A DNA stretch of 64,000 bases, from sequence record OR228459.1; one strand, 5' to 3'. A program made the position numbers and the translations under genes. Below the pieces are notes generated by a model. That model saw nothing but the letters and a program-made list of their open reading frames with translations. It had not been told where the DNA came from and did not search any database. This document shows, one piece after another, positions 45,650-55,511 of the stretch. How positions within the stretch are numbered: position 1 is the stretch's first letter; each line of letters begins with the position of its first letter.

Positions 45650-46223
45650 GTTATTCTTCAACGATGTGAAAGAGGCATTTGATGCATTAGATCATTACCG
45701 TAATATTGAAAAACAACTTCACCGGATGTGTATTGATGAAAATGGTATACGTCATAGTCATTCACTTGAGTACGATTGGAGTACAAAAGAACCTTATTAT
45801 GAAGGTTACCAATATTCAGCATTTATTGATTCATCTGATGCAAGTATTCAACATGTATACAACTACAGAATAAGAACAGTAAATCAAGAAAATTTACCAC
45901 ATTCTCAAATATATGTTAGTCCTTCAGGAAAAATCTATTCGTATAGATTTATTCCACAGAATATGGATGACTTTATAATTCGTTTTAAAATACAAGCTGG
46001 TATACCCGCTGAAGAATATAAAATATCAGAAGTACTAAAAGAAGAAGTATATTTTATGTTAAGTACTATAATGGATATACCAAGTATTGAAGATTTTAAA
46101 AATTTGTATATTTTTTCACAAAAAGTTCGCCCATTACTTATGCGTGATAAGATGGTGATGGAAGGTAGTTTTCCATCAATATTCATACAAAATCATTGCA
46201 AAGCTGTCTTAGGTGGTGTATAA
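45639..46223 (+). CDS. FQxS-motif family protein (variant)
   Basis: KEEVYFMLSTIM. Confidence 0.7.
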   Translation: MNFELFFNDVKEAFDALDHYRNIEKQLHRMCIDENGIRHSHSLEYDWSTKEPYYEGYQYSAFIDSSDASIQHVYNYRIRTVNQENLPHSQIYVSPSGKIYSYRFIPQNMDDFIIRFKIQAGIPAEEYKISEVLKEEVYFMLSTIMDIPSIEDFKNLYIFSQKVRPLLMRDKMVMEGSFPSIFIQNHCKAVLGGV

Positions 46224-46762
46224 TGACTCTTCTAGAAATTATAGAATGCATGGAATCATTGTATATTCGTAATCAATCTGAACCAGATTATTTTGATTAT
46301 GAAAATGAAAGATTCCGAGTATTCACAACGACTTATAAAGTAGGTGTATTTGATAAGAAATGTATGGATGAAATCATTACAATTTTCGATACTTGTAGGT
46401 CATCCATCAAAGAATCTTTTCCTTATATGAATACTTTTGATGGATGTGCATCTCCAAGATTTTCTATTTCATCATCATTTGAAAGCGATTCATTAGTACT
46501 TGATAGATTTGTCAAAGTATCAAACAAACACTTTTATGAAAGTGCTGGTGATGTTACTATTTTGAAACTTAAAGAACTTAGTGATGAATATGTATTCCAA
46601 TTGAGTACTATGTATAATTTGGGGGATATTGAAAACTTCAAGAAACTACCTAAAATACTTCCAGTACTTGGAACATATTGTGATGTGAAGCAACGAAGAT
46701 TGTTTATTATGAATCGTTATGATTTTGATAATATGCCATTTACCGAGGACATGTTTAAATGA
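46223..46762 (+). CDS. FQxS-motif paralog family protein
   Basis: SDEYVFQLSTMY. Confidence 0.75.
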   Translation: MTLLEIIECMESLYIRNQSEPDYFDYENERFRVFTTTYKVGVFDKKCMDEIITIFDTCRSSIKESFPYMNTFDGCASPRFSISSSFESDSLVLDRFVKVSNKHFYESAGDVTILKLKELSDEYVFQLSTMYNLGDIENFKKLPKILPVLGTYCDVKQRRLFIMNRYDFDNMPFTEDMFK

Positions 46763-47397
46763 AAAATATACAACCTTTATTATTCTTTTTTGAATTAGTT
46801 AATCAGTGGCGGTTCAATTATGCAGTGGATGTATTCAACTTAAAGCCAACTACAAAGTACTCAAAAATGTTTGGAGAAATCTATGTTGGACTTTCTCATC
46901 CACAAAGTCAATTTGAAATGTACTACACTAGTAAGAAGAGAACTGGTGCTATTGGTTTGTTAGTTGAAGATAAAAGTATAGGACAACCTGTGCTCTTTGG
47001 TGATCTTCAAGCATTTGGGTATAGAACGGTAATGCATCATGATTGGATGTACTTACCAATGGGAACAAATAAAATTGTTTATGCTAATGCTGAAGATATT
47101 GAAGTAAATCCAGATATTATGGAAGATGAACATTTTCAGCTAATGATGTTACATACATTACCTGAGTTTGAACACATTAAACCTGCAATTGAAGTACACG
47201 ATTATTTGAAACCAATTGTCCAGAAGCATGATATTGGTTTTGATATTTCATATGAACACTTGAAAACTGATTTTAGCGGTTTTGTTCCGAGTGCTCATGC
47301 ACTAGATACCATTGATTCTATATATGCAAATGCATTAGAACTATATTACGAGGCAGAAGAACATGGCAACCCATTCAGTAATTACATTGTATCATAA
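46759..47397 (+). CDS. FQxS-motif paralog family protein
   Basis: EDEHFQLMMLH. Confidence 0.75.
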   Translation: MKNIQPLLFFFELVNQWRFNYAVDVFNLKPTTKYSKMFGEIYVGLSHPQSQFEMYYTSKKRTGAIGLLVEDKSIGQPVLFGDLQAFGYRTVMHHDWMYLPMGTNKIVYANAEDIEVNPDIMEDEHFQLMMLHTLPEFEHIKPAIEVHDYLKPIVQKHDIGFDISYEHLKTDFSGFVPSAHALDTIDSIYANALELYYEAEEHGNPFSNYIVS

Positions 47398-48514
47398 CTT
47401 GATGAAATTATGCGAAAAGAATGAAGCATTTTATTGGAAAGATAGTACTTCCATCGGTGGTGGTATCTTCCGTACATTTGCATATCGTTTAGCATCGTAT
47501 AGTGATTTTTTAGAACCAGACGCATTAGAGTGTCGTGGAATTATGTTTGAAGTACGTCCTGATGGCTCAATGATCCGTGTAGCGTGTCGTACTCCACATA
47601 AATTCTTCAATGCTTATGAAAACCCATTTGTGATGTTTCCTAAAGACATGTTAAGTACTGAAATCGTGCTTGCTATGGATAAGCGTGATGGTTCGATTAT
47701 CAGTACTTTTCGTGACAATGATGAATTTATCCGTACAAAGTCCCATACATCCATGCACAGCGACCATGCAATCAATTCTACGGCGTTAATTCACGCAGAT
47801 GATGAATTGCATCAGGCAATTATTGAAGCTGATACAGCGATGTACACGGTGAATTTGGAGTATACTTCCCCTGAGTTCAGGATTGTGTTACCATATCAGA
47901 AAGACGAATTGACTGTACTAAACTTACGTCATCGTCAGACTGGTGATTTACTAGTTGGTGAAGCGTTGAAGAAACGTTTTCCAGTACTGTACAAAAAATC
48001 AGTATTTTCTATGAACGGGAATATTGACAAATCCTTCCCGATGTGTCATACTTTAAAGGATTCGATTAATGCGGTCTATGGTATGACTGACATTGAAGGT
48101 TTTGTTGTGCAATTAAAAGATGGGACTATGTTTAAGATTAAGACTGAGTGGTATTGTGCATTGCACTTCACGAAGGATAGTATCAACGTAGATTCTCGTT
48201 TATACGAAGCAGTACTTCAAGGTGGTTCTGATGACTTAAAACAGTTGTTTGCTACTGATCAGTACTGTCTAGATAAGATTGCACGTATGGAGCAATTAGT
48301 ATTTTCAACATACAATCATTTACAGACTGAGGTACAGGAGTTTGTAGATGCGAATAAACATCTTGATCGTAAAGAGTTTGCATTAACGGTACAGAGGGAC
48401 TTACCGAACGAACTCAATCGTCAGGGACTTGCTTTTTCGTTGTATAACAATAAGGCAGTTGATTATAAAGAAGTAATGTTGAAATACATGAAGAATGTAT
48501 TAGAGAACTTCTAA
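47363..48514 (+). CDS. rnlA: RNA ligase 1 (T4 Rnl1-like)
   Basis: ALECRGIMF, KFFN, KRDGS (motif I), NLEY, EGFV, KIKTEWY. Confidence 0.9.
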   Translation: MATHSVITLYHNLMKLCEKNEAFYWKDSTSIGGGIFRTFAYRLASYSDFLEPDALECRGIMFEVRPDGSMIRVACRTPHKFFNAYENPFVMFPKDMLSTEIVLAMDKRDGSIISTFRDNDEFIRTKSHTSMHSDHAINSTALIHADDELHQAIIEADTAMYTVNLEYTSPEFRIVLPYQKDELTVLNLRHRQTGDLLVGEALKKRFPVLYKKSVFSMNGNIDKSFPMCHTLKDSINAVYGMTDIEGFVVQLKDGTMFKIKTEWYCALHFTKDSINVDSRLYEAVLQGGSDDLKQLFATDQYCLDKIARMEQLVFSTYNHLQTEVQEFVDANKHLDRKEFALTVQRDLPNELNRQGLAFSLYNNKAVDYKEVMLKYMKNVLENF

Positions 48515-48542
48515 TGCATAGAAGCCAAGACATGGAGAAGTT

Positions 48543-48806
48543 ATGGCTAATACAAAATATAAATTGAAAAAGGGAGAAACCCGGACTCCAGAAGAACATA
48601 GAAAAATACTTCAAGAGATTGACGCTTTGCAGTCCAAACGCTCCCATGCGGGGGTGAAGAAGAGTAAGAAGCGGATTGCCAATACATTTGGTATCAGTAG
48701 CACTATGTATAAGAAGGAGCACAAACCCAAGAAACCTAAGAAAGAGCGTATCTATGATCAAAATAGATACATTCAGAATATGGGGAGAACGGATTATCGT
48801 GACTAA
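48543..48806 (+). CDS. Small basic hypothetical protein
   Basis: GGAG RBS; K/R-rich. Confidence 0.7.
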   Translation: MANTKYKLKKGETRTPEEHRKILQEIDALQSKRSHAGVKKSKKRIANTFGISSTMYKKEHKPKKPKKERIYDQNRYIQNMGRTDYRD

Positions 48807-49026
48807 TCGACGCATTGATGTACTTTCTATAAAGTACTATGATGAGGTTTGGTATTGCATTGAAGCGAAATCTGGTATATCATCGAGTGACATTGATGAT
48901 ATTTTTCAACACTGTCAGGGTATCGGCAATAAGATTTATAAAATTGACGGTAGCTTGTATTTTGATTCAGAATCGTTATTCAATATAGATTTGATGTTCA
49001 ACAAATATGATTTTATTAACGCATAG
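48754..49026 (+). CDS. Hypothetical protein
   Basis: Overlapping ORF. Confidence 0.6.
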   Translation: MIKIDTFRIWGERIIVTNRRIDVLSIKYYDEVWYCIEAKSGISSSDIDDIFQHCQGIGNKIYKIDGSLYFDSESLFNIDLMFNKYDFINA

Positions 49027-49035
49027 GAGAATACC

Positions 49036-49290
49036 ATGAAAGTAGAAGTTACTCATAGCATTGTTCAGGACATGTCTGTAGTTAAATTTTTCTCACTTGG
49101 TGACTACCGTCGTTGTATATCATTTCTACAAACATCTAAGCTATCGTGGACGCCACTCAAATATAGTTCCGCAAAAGATACTGCAAGTATTCGTGTAGAT
49201 GAGCATGTCTTGAACATTATTACTGATAAATTTGGAGTAAACAAAAATGCCAACACTAACATTAACGGTGGGACTTCCGGGGTGCGGTAA
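49036..49290 (+). CDS. Hypothetical protein
   Basis: AGGAG RBS. Confidence 0.75.
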   Translation: MKVEVTHSIVQDMSVVKFFSLGDYRRCISFLQTSKLSWTPLKYSSAKDTASIRVDEHVLNIITDKFGVNKNANTNINGGTSGVR

Positions 49291-50176
49291 AAGTACTTGG
49301 GCTAATGAACAAGTTCGTACTACAAAGTCCAAAACAGTGAACGTCAACCTTGATGATGTTCGCCAAACAATGGCTGGTACACACCAAAACTACAAGTTCC
49401 GCAAAGATAACGAACAGTACGTACAATCTGTACAGTGCAGTGCAGCGGAACATGCAGTTCAAAACAAATGGAACGTCATCGTTTCTGATACCAACCTAAA
49501 CCCAACAGTACGGGCAAAATGGAAAGCATTTGCTAAAGAACATGGCTATACATATAAAGAACAAAACTTCTTCACCGAATTCAAGAAGGATAAAACGTTT
49601 GAGCATGAATTCTTTGCTGTTAAGGCATTCGTAAAACAATGCAAAGAGCGTAACATCCTTCGTTCGAAAGTAGTACCAGAAGAAGTTATCAATGATATGG
49701 CTATGAAGTACTTCTTTACTTTCCAGAAAGTACATAATACTCCTGAAGTACTAGCTAGTTCAGAAGAGTATATCATCGTTGATATCGACGGAACACTTGC
49801 ACACATGGGTTCTCGTAACCCATTTGATGAGTCACGTGTAATCGAAGATTCTCCAGACCCGGAAGTAATTCTTTCTGTACTTGCAGAAGCACAATTTCTA
49901 GGTCGTAAAGTTATCATCATGAGTGGTCGTCATGAAACTTGTAAGGAAGATACTATCAAGTGGTTGAAGATGCATAATGTCCCATTTGATCATATTTTCA
50001 TGCGGGGTGAAAACGACAACCGTAGCGATGACATTGTGAAATATGAGTTGTATATGACTCATGTTTATGGTAAGATGAATGTAGTCAAAGTGTTCGATGA
50101 CCGTTCAAAAGTTGTTGACATGTGGCGTAACCTAATTGGTCTAAAAGTCTTTGCCGTTGCTGATGGTAATTTCTAA
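49247..50176 (+). CDS. pseT: Polynucleotide 5'-kinase/3'-phosphatase (T4 PseT-like)
   Basis: GLPGCGKST P-loop, then HAD motifs DIDGTLA, SGR and FDDR. Confidence 0.92.
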   Translation: MPTLTLTVGLPGCGKSTWANEQVRTTKSKTVNVNLDDVRQTMAGTHQNYKFRKDNEQYVQSVQCSAAEHAVQNKWNVIVSDTNLNPTVRAKWKAFAKEHGYTYKEQNFFTEFKKDKTFEHEFFAVKAFVKQCKERNILRSKVVPEEVINDMAMKYFFTFQKVHNTPEVLASSEEYIIVDIDGTLAHMGSRNPFDESRVIEDSPDPEVILSVLAEAQFLGRKVIIMSGRHETCKEDTIKWLKMHNVPFDHIFMRGENDNRSDDIVKYELYMTHVYGKMNVVKVFDDRSKVVDMWRNLIGLKVFAVADGNF

Positions 50177-50217
50177 TCTTATGGTAGTGTTCGCACTACC
50201 ATTTTTAAGGAGTACAT

Positions 50218-50607
50218 ATGGAATATTCATTTTTTATGGGTAGGCGTGGTGAAGAAGGTCTAGGTGAAGTAGTTAGAATGATTCGTTTCGACCAAACTAT
50301 CGAAGTCTTTATGGTAGTAGTTGAAATGAATGACGATGGTACTTTCAATACAATAGATGAACTCGGATGTGTTAAAGCAACATATCACCTAACTCGTAAA
50401 GTACATTTAGGTAATGGAATCAGTGCTGATGTATATTATTCTGAAGATACTGATATTTCATACGTAAACATTGCACAAGCTGCACCTGCCTTTAGAAAAA
50501 GAACTTCTTCCTTTATTGGTCAGCAATTTGAAAATAACTATAAAGGATATTTCTATATTGCACATGTGGGTGGTAAGAATCGTGTTGTAAAAGTACTAAC
50601 AGAATAG
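50218..50607 (+). CDS. Hypothetical protein
   Basis: TAAGGAG RBS. Confidence 0.75.
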   Translation: MEYSFFMGRRGEEGLGEVVRMIRFDQTIEVFMVVVEMNDDGTFNTIDELGCVKATYHLTRKVHLGNGISADVYYSEDTDISYVNIAQAAPAFRKRTSSFIGQQFENNYKGYFYIAHVGGKNRVVKVLTE

Positions 50608-50615
50608 GAGTTACG

Positions 50616-50885
50616 ATGATTAGAATTTCTATTACTTGTGATCAGGTAGGTCGCGGAAAAACATTAATGTCTATGAAATTAGCCAAACTTCTGAGTGAGA
50701 ATGGTTTTGATGTAACTGTACTAACTGAACCTGCAAGTGAAAGTGTGTTAAACTATATGTTAGATTCTCCTTTTGAAAACTTCATGAGGATTGATCGTGA
50801 TGTGGTTATTCATGATACCAATGGTACAAAATATAATCCTAATCTTCATATAGATTATCGTTTCAACAAAGGAAAATCAGAGTGA
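50616..50885 (+). CDS. Hypothetical protein with P-loop-like GRGKT
   Basis: AGGAG RBS. Confidence 0.7.
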   Translation: MIRISITCDQVGRGKTLMSMKLAKLLSENGFDVTVLTEPASESVLNYMLDSPFENFMRIDRDVVIHDTNGTKYNPNLHIDYRFNKGKSE

Positions 50886-51085
50886 TGATATTATTAACAA
50901 TCTATCTAACTGTTATGATGGTAATTCTAGTATTGGGAATTATCGCGGAAATGTGTGTTTCTAATGATAAATTCTTCCTTCTGATTGGCGGTGTCTGTGT
51001 ATTAATTGGGTCAGTACTTTGGCCTTTATTATTAATACTTCTAATGTATGATTTTATTAAACATATTTGGTGGAAATTTAGGTGA
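50882..51085 (+). CDS. Membrane protein
   Basis: Hydrophobic; LWP motif. Confidence 0.7.
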   Translation: MMILLTIYLTVMMVILVLGIIAEMCVSNDKFFLLIGGVCVLIGSVLWPLLLILLMYDFIKHIWWKFR

Positions 51086-51336
51086 GTATTATAACAATTG
51101 CAGTTGTAGTATGGCTGACTGGATTCATCGGCGGCATGGGTGTATTACTATACGACTATCGAGATTATGGAAGGACTGTATATTTGCCAGAGTTTCTTAA
51201 AGATACTCTATTGACATTTGTACTTTGGCCTTGTATAGTACACCATATCATTTGGTATTCAATTCGTGGGTTTTTACGCCTGATCGGTGTTGATATAGAA
51301 AAATTAAAAAATATTAAAATAACAAAAGGAGAATGA
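51082..51336 (+). CDS. Membrane protein
   Basis: Hydrophobic; LWP motif. Confidence 0.7.
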   Translation: MSIITIAVVVWLTGFIGGMGVLLYDYRDYGRTVYLPEFLKDTLLTFVLWPCIVHHIIWYSIRGFLRLIGVDIEKLKNIKITKGE

Positions 51337-51337
51337 C

Positions 51338-51565
51338 ATGGGCGAGAAGTCTATTGTTGAGCAAGAAATTGAAGTACGTATCGAAGAAATCACTATCAAA
51401 ATTAAAGAGCTAATGGATCTCGCTGACCGCAACAACGTTAACTTTAACCTTGATATTGTCAATAAAGATTTCTATTGTGAAAAATACATTGAAGATGATG
51501 AATGGCTAAATGATTACCACGGCGGTAATGGTGGTGCATGGTTATCTAGTTCTGATTTCTGCTAA
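51338..51565 (+). CDS. Hypothetical protein
   Basis: AGGAG RBS; ends WLSSSDFC. Confidence 0.75.
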   Translation: MGEKSIVEQEIEVRIEEITIKIKELMDLADRNNVNFNLDIVNKDFYCEKYIEDDEWLNDYHGGNGGAWLSSSDFC

Positions 51566-51602
51566 TAATTATTGGGGATATTGATATCCCCATTTAAGTG
51601 AG

Positions 51603-52178
51603 GTGTATATGAATTATGAAATAATGTCGGATGAAGAATTGCAAACATCTTTAGAATCTGTGAATTTTATTGTTCAAACACAACAAGAACGTATAAAACA
51701 TATCGAAAACACCTTAAAAGAACACATTAATATTTCAAATGAAATTAATGTGGAAATCGATAAGAGAAAAATTTCTAAAATTATATATGCATCACTGGAA
51801 GAACAATTTAAATTCTTCAGTACTGAAATATCATCTTATAATACAACATATATGTATCATAAATGTAAACAGTTCTTTAATGTAATGAAACTGGAAAAAA
51901 CCGAATATAACTTCAGATGGTATGCTAGTTGCGATTACATTAAAAATAAAAGAGATGACATTAAACAATATTTGAATTATGCATTTTTAAATTGTAACCC
52001 AATTCTAGTAATGGAAAGTTTTGAAGGTTATCATATTGAAGTTGTTGGTGACCACCGTGTGCATAAAATAATGTATTATCCTTCTAAGAATCTATATTGT
52101 GCAGAAGGTACATACTTACGTCAATACAAAACAATTGATGAATTGTTAGATTATATGTTGGAGAACACCGTATGTTAG
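51603..52178 (+). CDS. Hypothetical protein
   Basis: GAGG RBS. Confidence 0.75.
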   Translation: MYMNYEIMSDEELQTSLESVNFIVQTQQERIKHIENTLKEHINISNEINVEIDKRKISKIIYASLEEQFKFFSTEISSYNTTYMYHKCKQFFNVMKLEKTEYNFRWYASCDYIKNKRDDIKQYLNYAFLNCNPILVMESFEGYHIEVVGDHRVHKIMYYPSKNLYCAEGTYLRQYKTIDELLDYMLENTVC

Positions 52179-53062
52179 TTATTGGTTCACAAGCATTCAG
52201 AAAATTTAAACCTAATATTGTTCCAAAAGATTTGGATTACATGTGCACGAATGATGAACTGGATGAACAAATAAAGTACTTTAGTACTTATAAAAATTTC
52301 GAATTGGTAACAAGAACTGAAACATACTGTCATTTAAAATTCAATAATATGAATTACGAGTTCTATATTGCTAAAGATAATAACAGTACTGAACAATTAC
52401 TTCGTTATTGCAATGCTATTGGTACTGATGTTTATGCACCACTAGATGTATTATATGCAATTAAACTATCTCATCGTTATCTACGTAATAGTCCTCATTT
52501 CATTAAGACACGAACTGACATTCGTGATATGGAGCGAATGGGTGCTAATGTTTTCGATCCAGATTTGAAACGTATTCTTGAATTACGTGAGAAAGAAACA
52601 TATAATTATAGTCATCCAGTACTTGACCAATCAAAAGAAACCTTCTTCCAAGATGAAGTAGGATACATTTACGATCATGATACTATTCATGAAGCGATTG
52701 CTATTATGGATAAGCCAGCATATAAGAACTATATGAAAGATGGTGCAGAAGTAATGGTAGATAAAAAGAAATTCTTTGATTGCAGCGAGCATATTCAGCT
52801 TCTAGGTGTGTATGAGGAAACTTGTGTACTAGCACTAGAACGCTGTTTAGTTCCATATCCTGATGTACGCCCAAAGGATGCATTCATTACTGCCTTGATT
52901 AAGGTTTGTACTAGTATTACGAGTGGTTGGTTCCGTGAATTTGCATATAACAATTTCTACAAAGTAATTCAAATGTATCGTGAATTCGGTGAAGATGACT
53001 TTGTAAAACGTTTTAATGCAAATCAGCACATGATTAAACCATTCAAAGAGGAAGTAAAATGA
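52172..53062 (+). CDS. Putative Pol-beta-superfamily nucleotidyltransferase
   Basis: IGSQA...KDLDY (hG[GS]x9-13DhD); YDHDTIH. Confidence 0.55.
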   Translation: MLVIGSQAFRKFKPNIVPKDLDYMCTNDELDEQIKYFSTYKNFELVTRTETYCHLKFNNMNYEFYIAKDNNSTEQLLRYCNAIGTDVYAPLDVLYAIKLSHRYLRNSPHFIKTRTDIRDMERMGANVFDPDLKRILELREKETYNYSHPVLDQSKETFFQDEVGYIYDHDTIHEAIAIMDKPAYKNYMKDGAEVMVDKKKFFDCSEHIQLLGVYEETCVLALERCLVPYPDVRPKDAFITALIKVCTSITSGWFREFAYNNFYKVIQMYREFGEDDFVKRFNANQHMIKPFKEEVK

Positions 53063-53388
53063 GAGAAGAGAAAATTTATTACTCGGATTCAGGTGAGCAG
53101 TTTTATGATATTGACGAAGCCTGTATCAATGACCGTGTTCAGGAATTGAAAAAACAAGCCGCTGCAATTTATCAAAAACTTGAAAAGATTACTGATAATT
53201 GTAATCATAATCACATGACGATTAAAGCCTATTCTGATACTGGAAACTATTGCAGAAGTGATGATTCTTATTGGTACGAAGCTAAATGTCGTGCATGTGG
53301 TAAAACATGGAACGTAGACCAAGATGAAGATAGTATAGTTAAAGAACGGCATCGTAGTGGTGATCGCAGAGTGATTATACAAAAATGA
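53059..53388 (+). CDS. Hypothetical protein with Cys/His cluster
   Basis: CNH...CRACGK. Confidence 0.75.
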   Translation: MREEKIYYSDSGEQFYDIDEACINDRVQELKKQAAAIYQKLEKITDNCNHNHMTIKAYSDTGNYCRSDDSYWYEAKCRACGKTWNVDQDEDSIVKERHRSGDRRVIIQK

Positions 53389-54074
53389 CCGTACAGGAAT
53401 ATATACATATTCTTACAGACCGATATGATAGAAAAACAGAAATTACAAAAATAATTAACGAGTTATCTATTAGATTGTATCCATTATACGATGAAAAACG
53501 TAGGCTGTATAGTGAGTATCTAGATTTACAGTACTCATTAGGCTCATCACATGCTGATACATATTCTAAAAATAAAGAAGTTGAAGAAATATCAAAAGAA
53601 ATTCTTGAAGAAGAAAAATCTCTTGGTATTACTGAATTGAATAAGGAATATGACGAATTAGAAATTGAAATTGAACGTATTTGTGATAATGCAGAAGTTG
53701 AACTTACTGAATACGAGTACCATAGTAATATAATAATATGCGGTACTTCAAAACAAAACACATTTTTTTCTGATAATGGTTTTAGATCATTTAGTGTATA
53801 TGTATCACACTATACAAGAGCACAACTTTATGTATTAAAGAAATCGTTTGATTACGAAAATGGTCATATATTTTTAGAAAATATGAGTCCTTTTTTGAAG
53901 TTTAATGCGATGATTAATGGTATTGATTGTATTGAGATTGGTTCATTTGAAAATGAAAGTGATTATACTATAATTCATTACAATGATGTGTGGGCGATAA
54001 GAATAGAATCGGATATAGTATTCGAGCATTCTGAATGTAAGGAAGTGCTTCAATATTATAATTTTATAAGGTAA
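53385..54074 (+). CDS. Hypothetical protein
   Basis: Coupled ORF. Confidence 0.75.
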   Translation: MTVQEYIHILTDRYDRKTEITKIINELSIRLYPLYDEKRRLYSEYLDLQYSLGSSHADTYSKNKEVEEISKEILEEEKSLGITELNKEYDELEIEIERICDNAEVELTEYEYHSNIIICGTSKQNTFFSDNGFRSFSVYVSHYTRAQLYVLKKSFDYENGHIFLENMSPFLKFNAMINGIDCIEIGSFENESDYTIIHYNDVWAIRIESDIVFEHSECKEVLQYYNFIR

Positions 54075-54077
54075 AAT

Positions 54078-54821
54078 ATGAATCATTATCAAAAAATAGT
54101 AGTACCTGATGACAAAGAATTGTTTATTGTCGGAGACTTACATGGTAATGCTGATCTTTATGACAGGACTCTTCACGAGTTCGGTATTACTGATAAAGAT
54201 TATGTATTCAGTGTAGGTGATGTAATTGATCGTGGTGAACGTAGTGCACGATTACTTTTTGAATTTTTATTCAAACCTAATCGTTATATGATTCTTGGAA
54301 ACCATGAACATGCATGTTTATATGGTGAAACTCGTCGTGATTTTTATCATTGCTGGCAGCAAAACGGTGGAGATAAATTCCTTGACGAAGTGGGGGAAAG
54401 TGGTATACAATTCTTCCGTCAGTACTTAGATCAACTCCCACTCATCATCGAAATCCACCACCGAGGCATGAAAATCGGTCTCGTACACGGCGGAGTTCCT
54501 TTACGCTATACAGACTGGAGTACTTTCGTTAATGATGTTAAGCCTATGCGTTGGGATTTGATTGAGGAAATTATTTGGGATCGTAAAGTATTTGACCAGT
54601 GCAATAACAATAAAACCCCAAATGCTCCAAAAATCAATGGTATTGATTATGTCATTTCGGGCCACACTGGAGTTGTTGATCCACTAATGTACGGTAACCG
54701 TATTTGGATTGATAGCCAGTTCCTAAGTGGTGATCTAACATTTACTATGTTCAGTGGTAATACTCCACGTCACTTCCGTAGAGAACGTGATGAGCATAGC
54801 TTCAATCGTTACAAGAGGTAA
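54078..54821 (+). CDS. Ser/Thr protein phosphatase (lambda NinI/PrpA-like)
   Basis: GDLHG, VGDVIDRG, LGNHE, HGG, GHT. Confidence 0.9.
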   Translation: MNHYQKIVVPDDKELFIVGDLHGNADLYDRTLHEFGITDKDYVFSVGDVIDRGERSARLLFEFLFKPNRYMILGNHEHACLYGETRRDFYHCWQQNGGDKFLDEVGESGIQFFRQYLDQLPLIIEIHHRGMKIGLVHGGVPLRYTDWSTFVNDVKPMRWDLIEEIIWDRKVFDQCNNNKTPNAPKINGIDYVISGHTGVVDPLMYGNRIWIDSQFLSGDLTFTMFSGNTPRHFRRERDEHSFNRYKR

Positions 54822-54822
54822 T

Positions 54823-55278
54823 ATGAAATTATATCTACTAACTAACACATATTGTGGTGGTCAACATTCTGGTATCCAAGGTGTTCATTCTGCAACTCGT
54901 TTACTTGGAAAGTACACGTTTGATGACCGTGATTGGAAAGATGAATCTACTGCAATCTATGATTGGTACAATAACCACGAAACTGTAGTACTATTAAATA
55001 GTGGTCGTGACCATTTTTCTATGCTAGAACTTGAAAAAGAACTAGAAGAATTCGAACGCGAAGAAAAACCAACCTTTAAAAAACTTCCATTTGCTGTATT
55101 CCGTGAACCGGGAATGAATAATTCCATTAGTAGTATTGCTGTACTATGCAGTACTGAAATGGTTACGGATATGGGTTCGATGCGTTCGAGTCTTATGGAT
55201 TCCTTAAACATGATTCATAAGTATGGGAATATTCTAGGAAATATTCTAATCGATATTACTTATATGAGAACCATGTAA
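54823..55278 (+). CDS. Peptidyl-tRNA hydrolase II (PTH2)-like protein
   Basis: GQHSGIQGVHS, W.NNHETVVLL, FREPG...SSIA. Confidence 0.6.
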   Translation: MKLYLLTNTYCGGQHSGIQGVHSATRLLGKYTFDDRDWKDESTAIYDWYNNHETVVLLNSGRDHFSMLELEKELEEFEREEKPTFKKLPFAVFREPGMNNSISSIAVLCSTEMVTDMGSMRSSLMDSLNMIHKYGNILGNILIDITYMRTM

Positions 55279-55511
55279 TGAAGATAATTACTGAAGTGAA
55301 AACTATATACAAATATCAGGCCGACGATGGTACAATATTTGATAATAGAAAAGACGCTGAACATCGTGACAAAGTTTTAAAAGGTCTTATCAGGTTTTGT
55401 GATAATTGTGGTGGTCTTGGTGAAATACCCGACGAAGAATTTCGTAGATATTATAAATGTAGTTCTTGTGCAGGAAAAGGATGGCAAGAAAAAGTGGAGG
55501 TGTGGAAATGA
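55278..55511 (+). CDS. DnaJ-type zinc-finger-like protein
   Basis: CDNCGGLG...CSSCAGKG. Confidence 0.7.
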   Translation: MKIITEVKTIYKYQADDGTIFDNRKDAEHRDKVLKGLIRFCDNCGGLGEIPDEEFRRYYKCSSCAGKGWQEKVEVWK

